DNA of 64,000 nt from Anolis carolinensis. Its lineage: Eukaryota. Location: the NCBI RefSeq assembly GCF_035594765.1, contig NW_026943824.1:18347237-18411236 (forward strand), in the 5' to 3' direction. The notes beneath the pieces were generated by a model. That model made no database searches, had not been told where the DNA came from, and saw only the letters and a program-made list of their open reading frames with translations. Of this stretch, positions 27,085-38,400 are shown piece after piece; positions within the stretch are counted from its first letter, which is position 1, and each line of letters begins with the position of its first letter. The position numbers and the translations under genes were made by a program.

Positions 27085-28406
27085 GAGGGTTGGAAGAGAC
27101 CCCTTTCTGCCTTGGTGCCGTGGGGGCCGGATAAATGGCTTCGATGGGCTGCATGTGGCCCATGGGCTGTAGTTTGGGGACCCCTGGTTTAGGACCCCTG
27201 CTTTCCTATTTAATTTGATGAATCCATCTCATGATGTATCTGTTTTCTAGATTGTGTGTTATGCATTTAAATCCATCCGTATTAATGTCCGCTGTTGTAT
27301 TCTTCCCCCATTTGTTTGACAGCCTTGTAATGTTCTATCTCATGGCCTTGGCTGGTGCACATAAACGAGTCGTTAATCAGCTCAGGGAACAATTAGTGAT
27401 GGTAAGTTCTAATCCAGTCGTGCCATTTCTTTATTATTTCCCTATTCCATTGAAATGCACCAATATTTTTAAAATTATGAAGGAGGAATGGATTGTCATA
27501 TCTATCCAGACATCTCTCTTTATATAGATATTTGCAGAAACTTGCAAACATATGAGGGTAAATTCATATATAAAAATAATGTGTATATATATATATATAT
27601 GGATACAGATATACAGGTACATGGATCTATATGTATATAGGATTTGCAAAGACCTGCAAACATATGAGGGGAAAATTCATATATAAAATTAATGTAGATA
27701 CAGTAGAGTCTCACTTATCCAACATAAACGGACCGGCAGAACGTTGGATAAGCGAATATGTTGGATAATAAGGAGGGATTAAGGAAAAGCCTATTAAACA
27801 TCAAATTAGGTTATGATTTTACAAATTAAGCACCAAAACATCATGTTATACAACAAATTTGACAGAAAAAGTAGTTCATTACACATTGATGCTATATAGT
27901 AATTACTATATTTACGAATTTAGCACCAAAATATCACGATATATTGAAAACATTGACTACAAAAATGCGTTGGATAATCCAGAACGTTGGATAAGCGAGT
28001 GTTGGATAAGTGAGACTCTACTGTACATGGATCTATATGTATATAGGATTTGCAAAGACCTGCAAACATATGAGGGGAAAAATCATATATAAAATTTATT
28101 TATTTATTTATTTATTTATTTATTTCCATCATTTATATGCCGCCCTTCTCACCCGAAGGGACTCAGGGCGGCTCACAATACAGTAGAAAAATAAAACATA
28201 GCAATATAAAACAATCAATTTAAAACAATCCCATAAATACATTTAAAACAGTATAATAAAATACTTAATCCATTCGTCCACATAAACCTTGCACGTAAAC
28301 CCTAGTCCGGACCGAGTTAAAGCCATCATAATTCATTCATTAAACGCTTGTTCGCAAAGCCAGGTTTTTACCTTTTTTCTGAAACTCAGAAGATAGATAT
28401 AGACAT

Positions 28407-28467
<61 letters not shown>

Positions 28468-29022
28468 AATACATAGGTACATAGGGATTGCAAAAGCTTG
28501 CAGGGGGAAATGCCCGTATATCTGTGGGAGTTTGACAAATATTTCAGGGGAGAATGCTTTTATAAGATTAATGGATATGTATTTTTCTTCTTCCTGACTT
28601 GCAAGGGCTTTTTTCCCTTTTCAAAACATTCCCTTGGTTAAAAGCGAGGGAGACTCTGGAAAAGAAAACACACTGATAAGGGAGGGTAAGAGAGGAATAT
28701 ATCCTCTCCTTTTGAAAATTTTCAAGTATATATGGTAGATTCTCATAGTAACCTTTCCAAGTTGTGTTCCCTGCATGAAAGTGTTTTCTATTTTGTACAA
28801 AGCGCTTCAGGTTGTCACCACTAAAAAAATGGCGAAAAACATGCTGACATTTATATGCATTTTACTTGATCCCGGAGCAATTTTTAGCCATCTTGACCTC
28901 TGTTTGCATTTGGCAGATTGAAGGATTTGCATTTACGATATCTTTCCTTCTCATTGCCATAGGAGAGCCGGGACAAACTCTTCTTGATCAGGAAGTTGAC
29001 TGAAGCCCAGAGACTTTGCTGA
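4958..29022 (+). CDS. TMC7: Transmembrane channel-like protein 7, 16 coding exons, 714 aa
   Basis: Exons, all GT-AG and phase-consistent, 2145 nt total: 4958-5015, 7194-7428, 9191-9339, 11013-11180, 11468-11553, 13186-13331, 13982-14129, 15264-15437, 16645-16799, 18206-18323, 22030-22127, 22892-23075, 24832-24962, 26745-26900, 27323-27401, 28963-29022 (TGA). Recognisable TMC7 peptides: [39 protein letters not shown], the TMC signature [43 protein letters not shown] and C-terminal [17 protein letters not shown]. Exon 1 is the least certain (chosen on Kozak context, phase and promoter position). Confidence 0.96.
7930..8190 (-). mobile_element. 3' fragment of a different mariner element
   Basis: TA-TGAGGG terminus and minus-strand transposase C-terminus [20 protein letters not shown]. 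Confidence 0.7.
10640..10890 (+). mobile_element. L1-like ORF2 C-terminal fragment
   Basis: [12 protein letters not shown] and [16 protein letters not shown]...WKIWGKF across a frameshift. Similar fragment at ~8205-8400. Confidence 0.55.
11753..12974 (+). mobile_element. Gypsy-type LTR interrupted by CR1, followed by a tRNA-Leu primer-binding site
   Basis: TGTAA (11753)...TTACA (12959) termini, AATAAA at ~12762, then TGGTGGCAGCGGT at 12962-12974, complementary to the 3' end of tRNA-Leu(AAG/TAG). Confidence 0.65.
12141..12695 (-). mobile_element. CR1 LINE 3' fragment
   Basis: [21 protein letters not shown]...[15 protein letters not shown]...RRLRGDMI is the CR1 ORF2 C-terminus, and the 3' end has an (ATTCTATG)n tail. 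Confidence 0.95.
13489..13924. mobile_element. Tc1/mariner/Tigger-like MITE family B
   Basis: TIR C(C/T)GTATATACTCGAGTATAAGCC with TA flanks. Other copies at ~20932-21920, 23555-24665, 34007-34750, 43570-43872 (partial) and 63314-64000. Confidence 0.8.
14889..15222 (-). mobile_element. Non-autonomous Helitron-like element, representative copy
   Basis: 5' TC(TA)n start and 3' hairpin GCCACAGCAACGCGTGGC before terminal CTAG, no TSD. Copies at ~14306-14472, 14713-14888, 22175-22647 (+), 25177-25630, 35666-36141, 49393-50110 and 53718-53892. Confidence 0.7.
15660..16038 (-). mobile_element. tRNA-headed SINE
   Basis: Minus-strand head GGGGCCGGGCTGTGGCGCAGGCTGG...GAGGTCATGAGTCC. Related copy on + at ~61590-62015. 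Confidence 0.55.
17091..18048 (+). mobile_element. Internally deleted mariner element with transposase remnant and ~4 units of a 63-bp repeat
   Basis: TA-flanked TIRs GAGGGTTGAATGAAAAGTAA...TTACTTTTCATTCAACCCTCG. Remnants [34 protein letters not shown] and C-terminal GDDVEK, with stops and frameshifts. Confidence 0.88.
18494..19220. mobile_element. hAT-type MITE with intact 8-bp target-site duplication
   Basis: TIR CAGGGGTCCCCAAACT...AGTTTGGGGACCCCTG flanked by direct repeats CTATAATC (18486-18493 and 19221-19228). Confidence 0.9.
19397..19964. mobile_element. Tc1/mariner-like MITE family C
   Basis: TIR CCGTGTTTCCCC(A/G)AAAATAAGAC...GTCTTATTTTCGGGGAAACAGGG with TA flanks and a duplicated left end. 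Partial copies at ~320-517 and 20400-20666. Confidence 0.75.
22648..22775. other. Assembly gap
   Basis: Run of N. Other gaps at 29692-29846 and 54274-54430. Confidence 0.99.
26131..26400 (+). mobile_element. tRNA-derived SINE with A tail
   Basis: A-box-like GGTGGCCTAGGGG, B-box-like GGTTTGAATCC and a terminal A run. Confidence 0.65.
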
Positions 29023-29846
29023 GAAAACTTTCACAGCCTTTTATTTTTCTAGCGATTTTTGAAACGACTACTAAACGAACACCAGAATAGTTGAACCCTG
29101 AGCAAATAGACACTCATTGTTGCCTCATTGTTTCAGTGAGAATAATGGGTTCTTTCTTATTTTCTGGCTCTTGACCGCCTTGCTGTGTCCTCTTCTATGC
29201 ATAAATGAGTGGTTGATTGACTCAGGGAACCTTCACGTTGACCTGTTATACTTGTCATCAAGTGTTCGCCTTCCTTTTTAAATTAGGATTTCTGTATTTC
29301 CCCCTTTTACAGAATTAAGAACCTCTTAATGACTCCGCACAAAAAAACGACTGTATTAGGGGCCTGTGTGATGATATCTTTATATATTTTAAGCCTCTAT
29401 TTTTCAGGGGCCTTATTTTTGTATTACGTATTGCTTTCTAGGGTTGGAAAGTTGCTCGTAGAAACCTTTACCCCAGTATTATAGCTGTTTTAATCCGAAT
29501 AACAGTAGAAACAGGGCTGGAAAGTTAAGTCATATGATGGTGTGGGTCCAGAAGAACATCTCCCTTCCATATATATGTTTTTCAGTCTCCTCTAGCACAC
29601 GTGTGCAACTCCCCATGTGCAGAGAGTGGGGTGACAGATACATTGCCTATCAGTAACTCAAGACTGTGTTGGTAATTGTGTCTGAAGATTTNNNNNNNNN
29701 NNNNNNNNNNNNNNNNNNNNNNNNNNNNNNNNNNNNNNNNNNNNNNNNNNNNNNNNNNNNNNNNNNNNNNNNNNNNNNNNNNNNNNNNNNNNNNNNNNNN
29801 NNNNNNNNNNNNNNNNNNNNNNNNNNNNNNNNNNNNNNNNNNNNNN

Positions 29847-29873
29847 CATATATATAAGGCGAGTAGGCTTTGC

Positions 29874-29917
<44 letters not shown>

Positions 29918-30049
29918 GCCCAGGCTTTGCATATATATATATATTGAGAGCAGGCTTTGCATATATGCCCAAGCTTTGCATATATATATATATATATATA
30001 TTTGGAGAGCAGGCTTTGCGTGTATATATATATATGCCCAGGCTTTGCG

Positions 30050-30096
<47 letters not shown>

Positions 30097-30128
30097 GAGA
30101 GAGAGAGAGGGAGAGAGCGCGCAGGCTT

Positions 30129-30182
<54 letters not shown>

Positions 30183-30380
30183 CACACACACACAGGCTTT
30201 GCATATATGTGTGTATGCCCAGGCTTTGCATTGATATATGGGGAGCAGGCTTTGCATATATGTGCAGTCTTCAGACACAATGCAAAACCTGCTCCCGATA
30301 TATATATGCAAAGCCTGGGTGCGTGTATGTATGTATGTATGTGTATGTATGTATATATATATGCGCAAAGCCTGCTATAT
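29847..30380. repeat. Compound (TA)n / AGGCTTTGCA repeat in the presumed TMC7 3' UTR
   Basis: About 10 AGGCTTTGC motifs each followed by a TA run, with inverted GCAAAGCCTG copies at the right end. Confidence 0.85.
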
Positions 30381-30461
30381 ATTTTTTTTCCCAATTGTGA
30401 ACAAGCAGCATCAGTCAGTACTGCTGTTAGCTCTGGTTTTATGGTGGGTAACTTATATGTA

Positions 30462-30467
30462 AATAAA
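30462..30467 (+). terminator. Candidate TMC7 polyadenylation signal
   Basis: AATAAA ~1.4 kb after the stop codon, followed by T/GT-rich sequence. Confidence 0.45.
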
Positions 30468-31009
30468 ACAGCTTTATGTTGAATGGATTTTATATACTCA
30501 TTCCAATTGTATCCTTGTAGTGTTTGAATCCAGACTTGCTCGTGGTTTTTATACAGCCAGTGAAATCAACATGCCTTCTTGATTTTAGCGTACAGTATGT
30601 GCTGTCACGGGTAGCCTCCGATGGTGCAATGGGTTAAAATGCTGAGCTGCTGATCAAAAGGTTGGTGGTTTGAATGCGTGGAGCAGGGTGAGCTCCCGCT
30701 GTCAGCCCCAGTTTCTGCCAACTTAGCAGTTTAAAAACATGCAAATGTGAGTAGAGCTTTGAATCAGAAGACTCCCACAGGAATGACTGTCAAGTGTCTA
30801 GTCACTGACCTAAACTCAAACAACATGCTGTTGGCTCATAATGACTATTTGGAAAGCTTAAATCACTGGGTAGAAGCACAGAACTGGACGAGGAAGGAAA
30901 AATGGGCTTCCTGCACAACATGAACACAATGCTTTTACTATACAAAATGCATGACTTTGCTCAGTGTTGCTGAGAATTGTCTGAAAACTCAGTTCTTTTC
31001 ATAGACCCA

Positions 31010-31476
31010 CAGAATCAGAGTCAGAAGAGACTTGGTGGACCATCCAGTCCAACCCCTTTCTGCCAAGAAGCAGGAAAATCGCATTCAAAGCACTCCTGAC
31101 AGATGGTCATTTAGCTTCTGCTTAAAAGCCTCCAAAGAAGGAGCCCCCACCACACTCTGGGGCAGAGAGTTCCACTGCTGAACAGCCCTTTTCACCGTGA
31201 GGAAGTTCTTCCTAATGTTCAGGTAGAATCTCCTTCCTTTCCTGTAGTTTGAAGCTATTGTTCCATTGTGTCCTAGTCTCCAGGATAGCAGAAAGAAAGC
31301 TTGCTCCCTCTTTCCTTTGATTTTCCTTCCCATCTTGATCCATGGCCCTCTTGTCTCCTCTCAGCCTTCTCTTATGCAGGCTTAACATACCCAGCTCTTT
31401 AAGCCACTCCTCAGAGGGCTTGTTCTCCAGACCTTTGATCATTTGAGTTGCCCTCCTCTGGACACATCCCAGCTTA
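31010..31476 (-). mobile_element. Degenerate CR1 LINE 3' fragment
   Basis: [15 protein letters not shown] and [12 protein letters not shown]...WNSLP in different frames. Confidence 0.9.
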
Positions 31477-32405
31477 AAGGACATGGTTAGTTTCAAAGTC
31501 TAACATTTTTTCCTAGCCATTTTGAGAAACAAAACATTTTAAAGGGTGTAAAATATGTGTTAATAAATATGCTACAGAGGTTTTAATGAAATGAGTTTAT
31601 TTGTATTTATTTTGGGCTGCGTTCTAAAGCACGGCCAAATCTCATGATTTGCATTTATATGCATTTATATGCTAAAAATAGTTCCACGCTTCAAAATAAA
31701 AAAAATTAAAATATGTTTGTACAGTAGAGTCTCACTTATCCAACATTCTGGATTATCCAACGCTTTTTTGTAGTCAATGTTTTCAAAACATCGTGATATT
31801 TTGGTGCTAAAATTCGTAAATACAGTAATTACTACATAGCAGTACTGCATATTGAACTACTTTTTCTGTCAAATTTGTTGTATAACATGATGTTTTGGTG
31901 CTATATTTGTAAAATCATAACCTAATTTGATGTTTAATAGGCTTTTTCTTAATCCCTCCTTATTATCCAACATATTCACTTATCCAACGTTCTGCTGGCC
32001 CGTTTATGTTGGATAAGTGAGACTCTACTGTATTTATAAACAAATGGCAGATTCACAACAAAGGTAAATACAGTAGAGTCCCACTTATCCAAGCCTCACC
32101 TATCCAAGCTTCTGGATAAACCAAGCCATTGTTGTAGTCAATGTTTTCAATATATCGTGATATTTTGGTGCTAAATTCGTAAATACAGTAATTACAACAT
32201 AACATTACTGCAAACTGAACTACTTTTTCTGTCAAATTTGTTGTATAACATGATGTTTTGGTGCTTAATTTGTAAAATCATACACCAATTTGATGTTTAA
32301 TAGGCTTTTCCTAAATCCTTCCTTATTATCCAACATATTCACTTCTCCAACGTTCTGCCGGCCCGTTTATGTTGGATAAGTGAGACTCTACTGTATTTCC
32401 TAATT

Positions 32406-35400
32406 CTATGGTGGATTTAAACAAGAATGTGTGCTTTGATTTCCGTCAGTTTCATCTGTAGTCACAGACCTGTTCGTCAACATATCCGCTGGCGAATCTT
32501 GGTCCATTTCCTGGCAGAGTTCATACAGAAAAGATGATCCGTGCTTTAGTGTGGCAACGGGGCCATTGCGATCCTCTTGAACACATGCCACGTGTCCAGT
32601 GGGTTTATCTACCACGGCAGGCGCCAGAGCTGCATCTTCTGGGACTCTAAGGTGATGGAGGTTGCCACCATCCGAGCAATGATATTCCTGAGCAAGACCG
32701 CCCGGGATATAGCCTTGCTGATTTTTTTCATAATAAACCTGATTGTATTCAGAGGCTCCATATCCAGGAACTGCAACACACCTAGAAACTACTATAGAAT
32801 TGCCTTGTTCTTCCATCTTTTTCCCAGTCATTGAAAGTTGGGTACTTATCGCTGCTGTTGTTGGCTCTGCAGAGTATTTGGTGTTATCACTTTTTGATAC
32901 TCTGGATTTTTTATTCTTTGGGGAGCGTAGAACTGGCCTCGGATCCAAACCCTTGGCTTTGCTTGAAGCTATTTCCCCAGGTCTAGGACTCCGCGAGTCT
33001 TCTCTTTCCGTTTTATTGAAACGTCCACCAGAATCGTGTGGGTTTTCCTCAGAAAGTGAACGGGTCTTTTCTTGAGCGTTTAGTGTTGTCTTATCTTTGT
33101 GTTCAGAGATGGAGGCTTTGCTTTTAAGTTTGCTTTGCCAACGCGCTTTGTTTTCTCCAGTTTGAAAACTTGAAACCAAGGAACCTCTATTCAGTGAACT
33201 TCTAGCAGTTGGTTTAGGACGAGGTTCAGACAAAAATCTTTTTGATTTAGCAGAGTTGCTGGGGATGCTTGAAAATTCACCTGTCCTCTTTACATCTTCC
33301 CGACTTTTTCTTTCTTGCTTAGCTCTGAAAGGCACCAAAAGATGAAAGTGTTAAAACTTCTAATTGGCTATACCCTCTTTAGAGAAGTACAGTAGAGTCT
33401 CACTTATCCAACGTTCTGGATTATCCAACACATTTTTGTAGTCAATGTTTTCAATACATCGTGATATTTTGGTGCTAAATTTGTAAATACAGTAATTGCT
33501 ACATAGCATTACAGTGTATTGAACTACTTTTTCTGTCAAATTTGTTGTATAACATGATGTTTTGGTGCTTAATTTGTAAAATCATAACCTAATTTGATGT
33601 TTAATAGGGTTTTCCTTAATGCCTCCTTATTATCCAACATATTCGCTTATCCAACATTCTGCCGGCCTGTTTATGTTAGATAAGTGAGACTCTACTGTAT
33701 AATCTCTAATACCAGGACAGTAAATAAAGAGCAACACTCTGAAAGCAGGGAAATTGGGAATTCCAGAAACATTCTGCCGGCCCGTTTACGTTGGATAAGG
33801 GAGACTACTGTATTCCCTAAAAAGTCAGGAAGAAAACTAGAATTCAGACAACTTCCACACTGCAGGAGATACAGACAGTAGCTGTATCTCAACTTAATAA
33901 TAAATTATATATATATATATATATAAATGTTATGTGCTTTTTTCCCATGGAGTAAACAACAAAACCACTGAACTAAATCACACCAAACTGGGCCACAAAA
34001 GACATGCTGTATATACTCGAGTATAAGCCTAGTTTTTCAGCCCCTTTTTTAAGACTGAAATAGCCCGCCTCGGCTTATACTCGGGTGAGGGTCCTGGTTG
34101 GCTTATATTTGGGTCAGCTTATACTCGAATATAAGCCGAGGCACCTAATTTTACCACAAAAAAACTGTGAAAACATTGACTCAAGTATAAGCCGAGAGTG
34201 GGAAATTTCAGAAATAAGAACAGATACCAATAAAATTACATTAATTGAGGCATCAGTAGGTTCAATGTTTTTGAATATTTACATAAAGCTCAAATTTAAG
34301 ATAAGACTGTCCAACTCTGATTAAATCATTATTTAATCAGTGTAAACGTGCTTATGTATCCTTTTAATAATAATAGAGTAAAATAATACATGTAATAATA
34401 GTAATAATAATAATAAATAATAATACAGGAAAATAATACATGTAATATTAAATAGAGTCAAATAATAAATGTAATAATAATAATAATATCAGAGTGAAAT
34501 AATAAATGTATTAATAATAATAATAAATAGAGTAAAATAAATGTAATAGTAGCAACAATAATAGAGAAAAGTAATAAATGTAATACCACCAATAATAATA
34601 GAGAAAAATAATAAATGTACCATATATTCTCGAGTATAAGCTGACCCAAATATAAACCAACCAGGACCCTCACCCAAGTATAAGCCGAGGGGGGCTTTTT
34701 CAGTCTTAAAAAAAGGGCTAAAAACTAGGCTTATACTCGAGTATATACAGTAATTTGACGTTTAATAGGCTTTTCCTTAATCCCAACATTTTTGCTTATC
34801 CAACATTCCGCCGGCCTGTTTATGTTGGATAAGTGAGGCTCTACTATATATTAACTTTAAAATGCAAATGGCACAATGTCATCGAGTGTGCATACCTCCT
34901 TGCTCCATCCTTGCAGGAAAGTGTAGAAGAAAACTGTTGCCTGATACTATTATCCGAAGTCTGGATGCTTTTTACATCTCTTCTCTTTAGAAATGAAGCA
35001 TCTTCTGGAGTTGTTCTGGGTTTTTCTGGAGGAATTTCCGAAATCTCAGGGGAGAAAAAAAAACAGCAATTTTGGCTCAAGTTGTCTTCTTTTCGAATCA
35101 ATCATTACATAATTGCCTTCATAAACTTTGCACAAACGCACTGCGGAATTAAAGCAACAGCAGTGAAAATACTGTTGTCATAGTTGTTGGAATGCAAATT
35201 ATCGGGTCCTCCCAGATCTCTTGATGGGTAGGGCTCATACACTGCTCATCATCATGCTTTGTACATTTGTATCAATAGCTTAATCCAGTGATGGCCAACC
35301 TATGACACGCGTGTCACCACTGACACGCCTAGCCATTTTGCTGACACGCTGCCGGATGCAGATTGATTGGATGACTAGAGTCTTTTGTGGCCAAATTTGG

Positions 35401-38400
35401 TGTGATTTGGTCCAGTGGTTTTGTTGTTTACTCCATGGGAATTATGCACATTACATTTATATATAATATTATTATATCATTCTATTATTATTGTAATATA
35501 TTATCATATTATTACTACTATATTATTATTCATTATTCATGACTACATTGAAACTAGAATAGAGAGAAATCAGCGTGGAAACTGCAAGAGGTCCCATAGA
35601 TTGTTGTACATGGAAATAATGGTAGTCAATAGTTTTTGATTTATTAAATACAGTTATATATTACAACTAGCTGTGCCCGGCCACGTGTTGCTGTGGCAAA
35701 GTGGTGGTGGTATTGGTTAAAAATTGTTGTGTAATTTTGATTTGACGTTATTTGCATTTTTTTAATTAATTTTATTGTAAGTTATATTTTTATTTATTAT
35801 ATTTTATTATTTTCTTGTATTATTTTTAGTGATTTTCTGTTATTATAGTATTTTATTGTATTAATTTTTTAGTGTTTTTAATTATTTTTTAGTGGTTTTT
35901 TATTATTTTTTATTGGGTTGCTAGGAGACCAAGTTGGAGGAGCTTAGCCTTCTAACTGGCAGCAATTGGATAAAAGCAATTATTCCTCTCTCTCTAATTA
36001 GGACTTTATTTTTCTTTTCTTTTTGTTGTATCAACCTAGAGGCGTGGATGATGGGTTGTGTTGTCAAATTTCGAGGTTGGGGGGCCTGTAGTTTTGTTGT
36101 TTTGTGGGTCGCCATGATGCCATCACTCTTTTATATATATAGATTATATATTTTTGTTATTTAAACTATATATATTGTGAAATTATGGTTTGTTTTTTTT
36201 CTCGAAGTGACACACCACCCAAGTCATGCTAGGTTTGTTGGTGAATTTTGACACACCAAGCGCAAAAGCTTGCCCATCATTGTATTATTGAGTCCTCTTT
36301 AGGGTGAGAAGGGCAGGATATAAATGTCGCTAATAAATGATAAATACAATGCAGGAGGAACATAAAGAAACAGTAAAGATTAATTCAGTAAAAAGGTGGG
36401 AATTGATACATACTGTAGCCACAATGAGCTTGGAAGCTGATGAAACAAGCCTCTCTACTTCTTCCGGTGACATAAATGGGGTAGCAGTTCTGTGTAGACT
36501 TTTTTGAGAGGCTCTGTGCAGCCCTTTTTGCCTAATGAAAGATGAAGTGGCATTTCAGTAATTCTAGTAAATAGCTGGTAGTTACAGCAAGAGATATATT
36601 TTCCAGAGGGAAGTCAATTTCTGTATAAACGAGGCATCTAATGGTGACAAGGCCACATACAATTATGAATCCCCCTATCCAGAGTATTCCAAATTTTTAT
36701 ATTGTTGAAGGCTTTCATGGCTGGAATCACGGGGTTGCTGTGAGTTTTCCAGGCTGTCTGGCCATGTTCCAGAAACATTCTCTCCTGACGTTTCACCCAC
36801 ATCTATGGCAGGCATCCTCAGAGGTTGTGAGGTCTGTTGGAAACTAGGCAAGTGGGGTTTATACATCTGTGGAATGATGTCCAGAGTGGGAGAAAGACTT
36901 CTTGCCTGGCCTTGCAGCTTCAAGGTCTGCCTGGGGAATCTTTTGTTGGGAGGTGTTAGCTGACCCTGATTGTTTCCTGCCTGGAATTCCCCTGTCTGGA
37001 ATTGCATTGTATTGGTTTCACTGGATGCCTTTTTTAGAGAGAAAAGTGGGAAAATAAAAAATGTGCACACGTTTTAAAAAGATCTGATAACATTCATGGA
37101 TGTGTATTATTGATTCCAGCCATGAAAGCCTATAAAAGATAAGCCTATAAAAGATTCACTTATCCAAGGTTCTGCCGGCCTGTTTAGCTTGGATAAGTGA
37201 GACTCTACTGTATTTGAGTCTCACTTATCCAAGCTAAACGGGCCGGCAGAACCTTGGATAAGTGAATATCTTGGATAATAAGGAGGGATTAAGGAAAAGC
37301 CTATTAAACACCAAATTAGGTTATGATTTTACAAATTAAGCACCAAAACATCATGTTCTACAGCTAATTTGATAGAAAAAGTAGTTCAATACGCACTAAT
37401 GTTATGTTGTAATGACTGTATTTACGAATTTAGCATCAAAATATCATGATATATTGAAAACATTGACTACAAAAATGCCTTGGATAATCCAGAATCTTGG
37501 ATAAGCGAGTCTTGGATAAGTTAGACTCTACTGTATTATTGTTTCCTAGCTCACTTGAAACAAGTGGGGAAAGAACGGTTTAGAGCAATTACATTGGTTC
37601 AGCAATATGTCATACCATCGCACATTCTTTACTTTTCCTTCATTCCTTCTCTCTGGTACGTAGCTCTACAAAAAAAAAAAAAGACAGACCCCATCATTAG
37701 CATGGTTTGCTGTTATAAGTGACTTAAAACAACTCTTAGACCAGGCATGGGCAAACTTCGGCCTTCCAGATGTTTTGGACTTCGACTCTGACAATTCCTA
37801 ACAGCCTCAGGCCCCATCCTTTCCCCCCTCAGCCGCTTAAGCGACATGCATCTACCTCCACTGAGGTGTAAAGCAGACTGACTACAAAATGGAGTTCTGA
37901 GTCTGAACATGCTCAGTACAATCAAATGTCTATAACCCTTCCTATACCACATGCTTAAGAGGCTGAGGGGGGAAAGGAAAGGGCCTGAGTCTGTTAAGAA
38001 TTGTCAGAGTTGAAGTCCAAAACACCTAGAGGGCCCAAGTTGTTGTTGTTGTTGTTGTTGTTGTTATTATTATTTGCAATATTTGCTCAGAGGGGGCTTG
38101 ACTTTGCATTCCCCTGGTACAGGCATATGAAATTACAGTAGAGTCTCACTTATCGAACACTCGCTTATTCAATGTTCTGGATTATCCAACGCATTTTTGT
38201 AGTCAATGTTTTCAATACATCGTGATATTTTGGTGCTAAATTCGTAAATACAGTAATTACTACATACCATTACTGTGTATTGAACTACTTTTTCTGTCAA
38301 ATTTGTTGTATAACATAATGTTTTGGTGCTTAATATGTAAAATTATAACCTAATTTGATGTTTAATAGGCTTCTCCTTAATCTCTCCTTATTATCCAACA

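Noticed and set aside
29582-30482. Long YI/IY-rich ORFs
   Set aside because: (TA)n microsatellite plus N gap.
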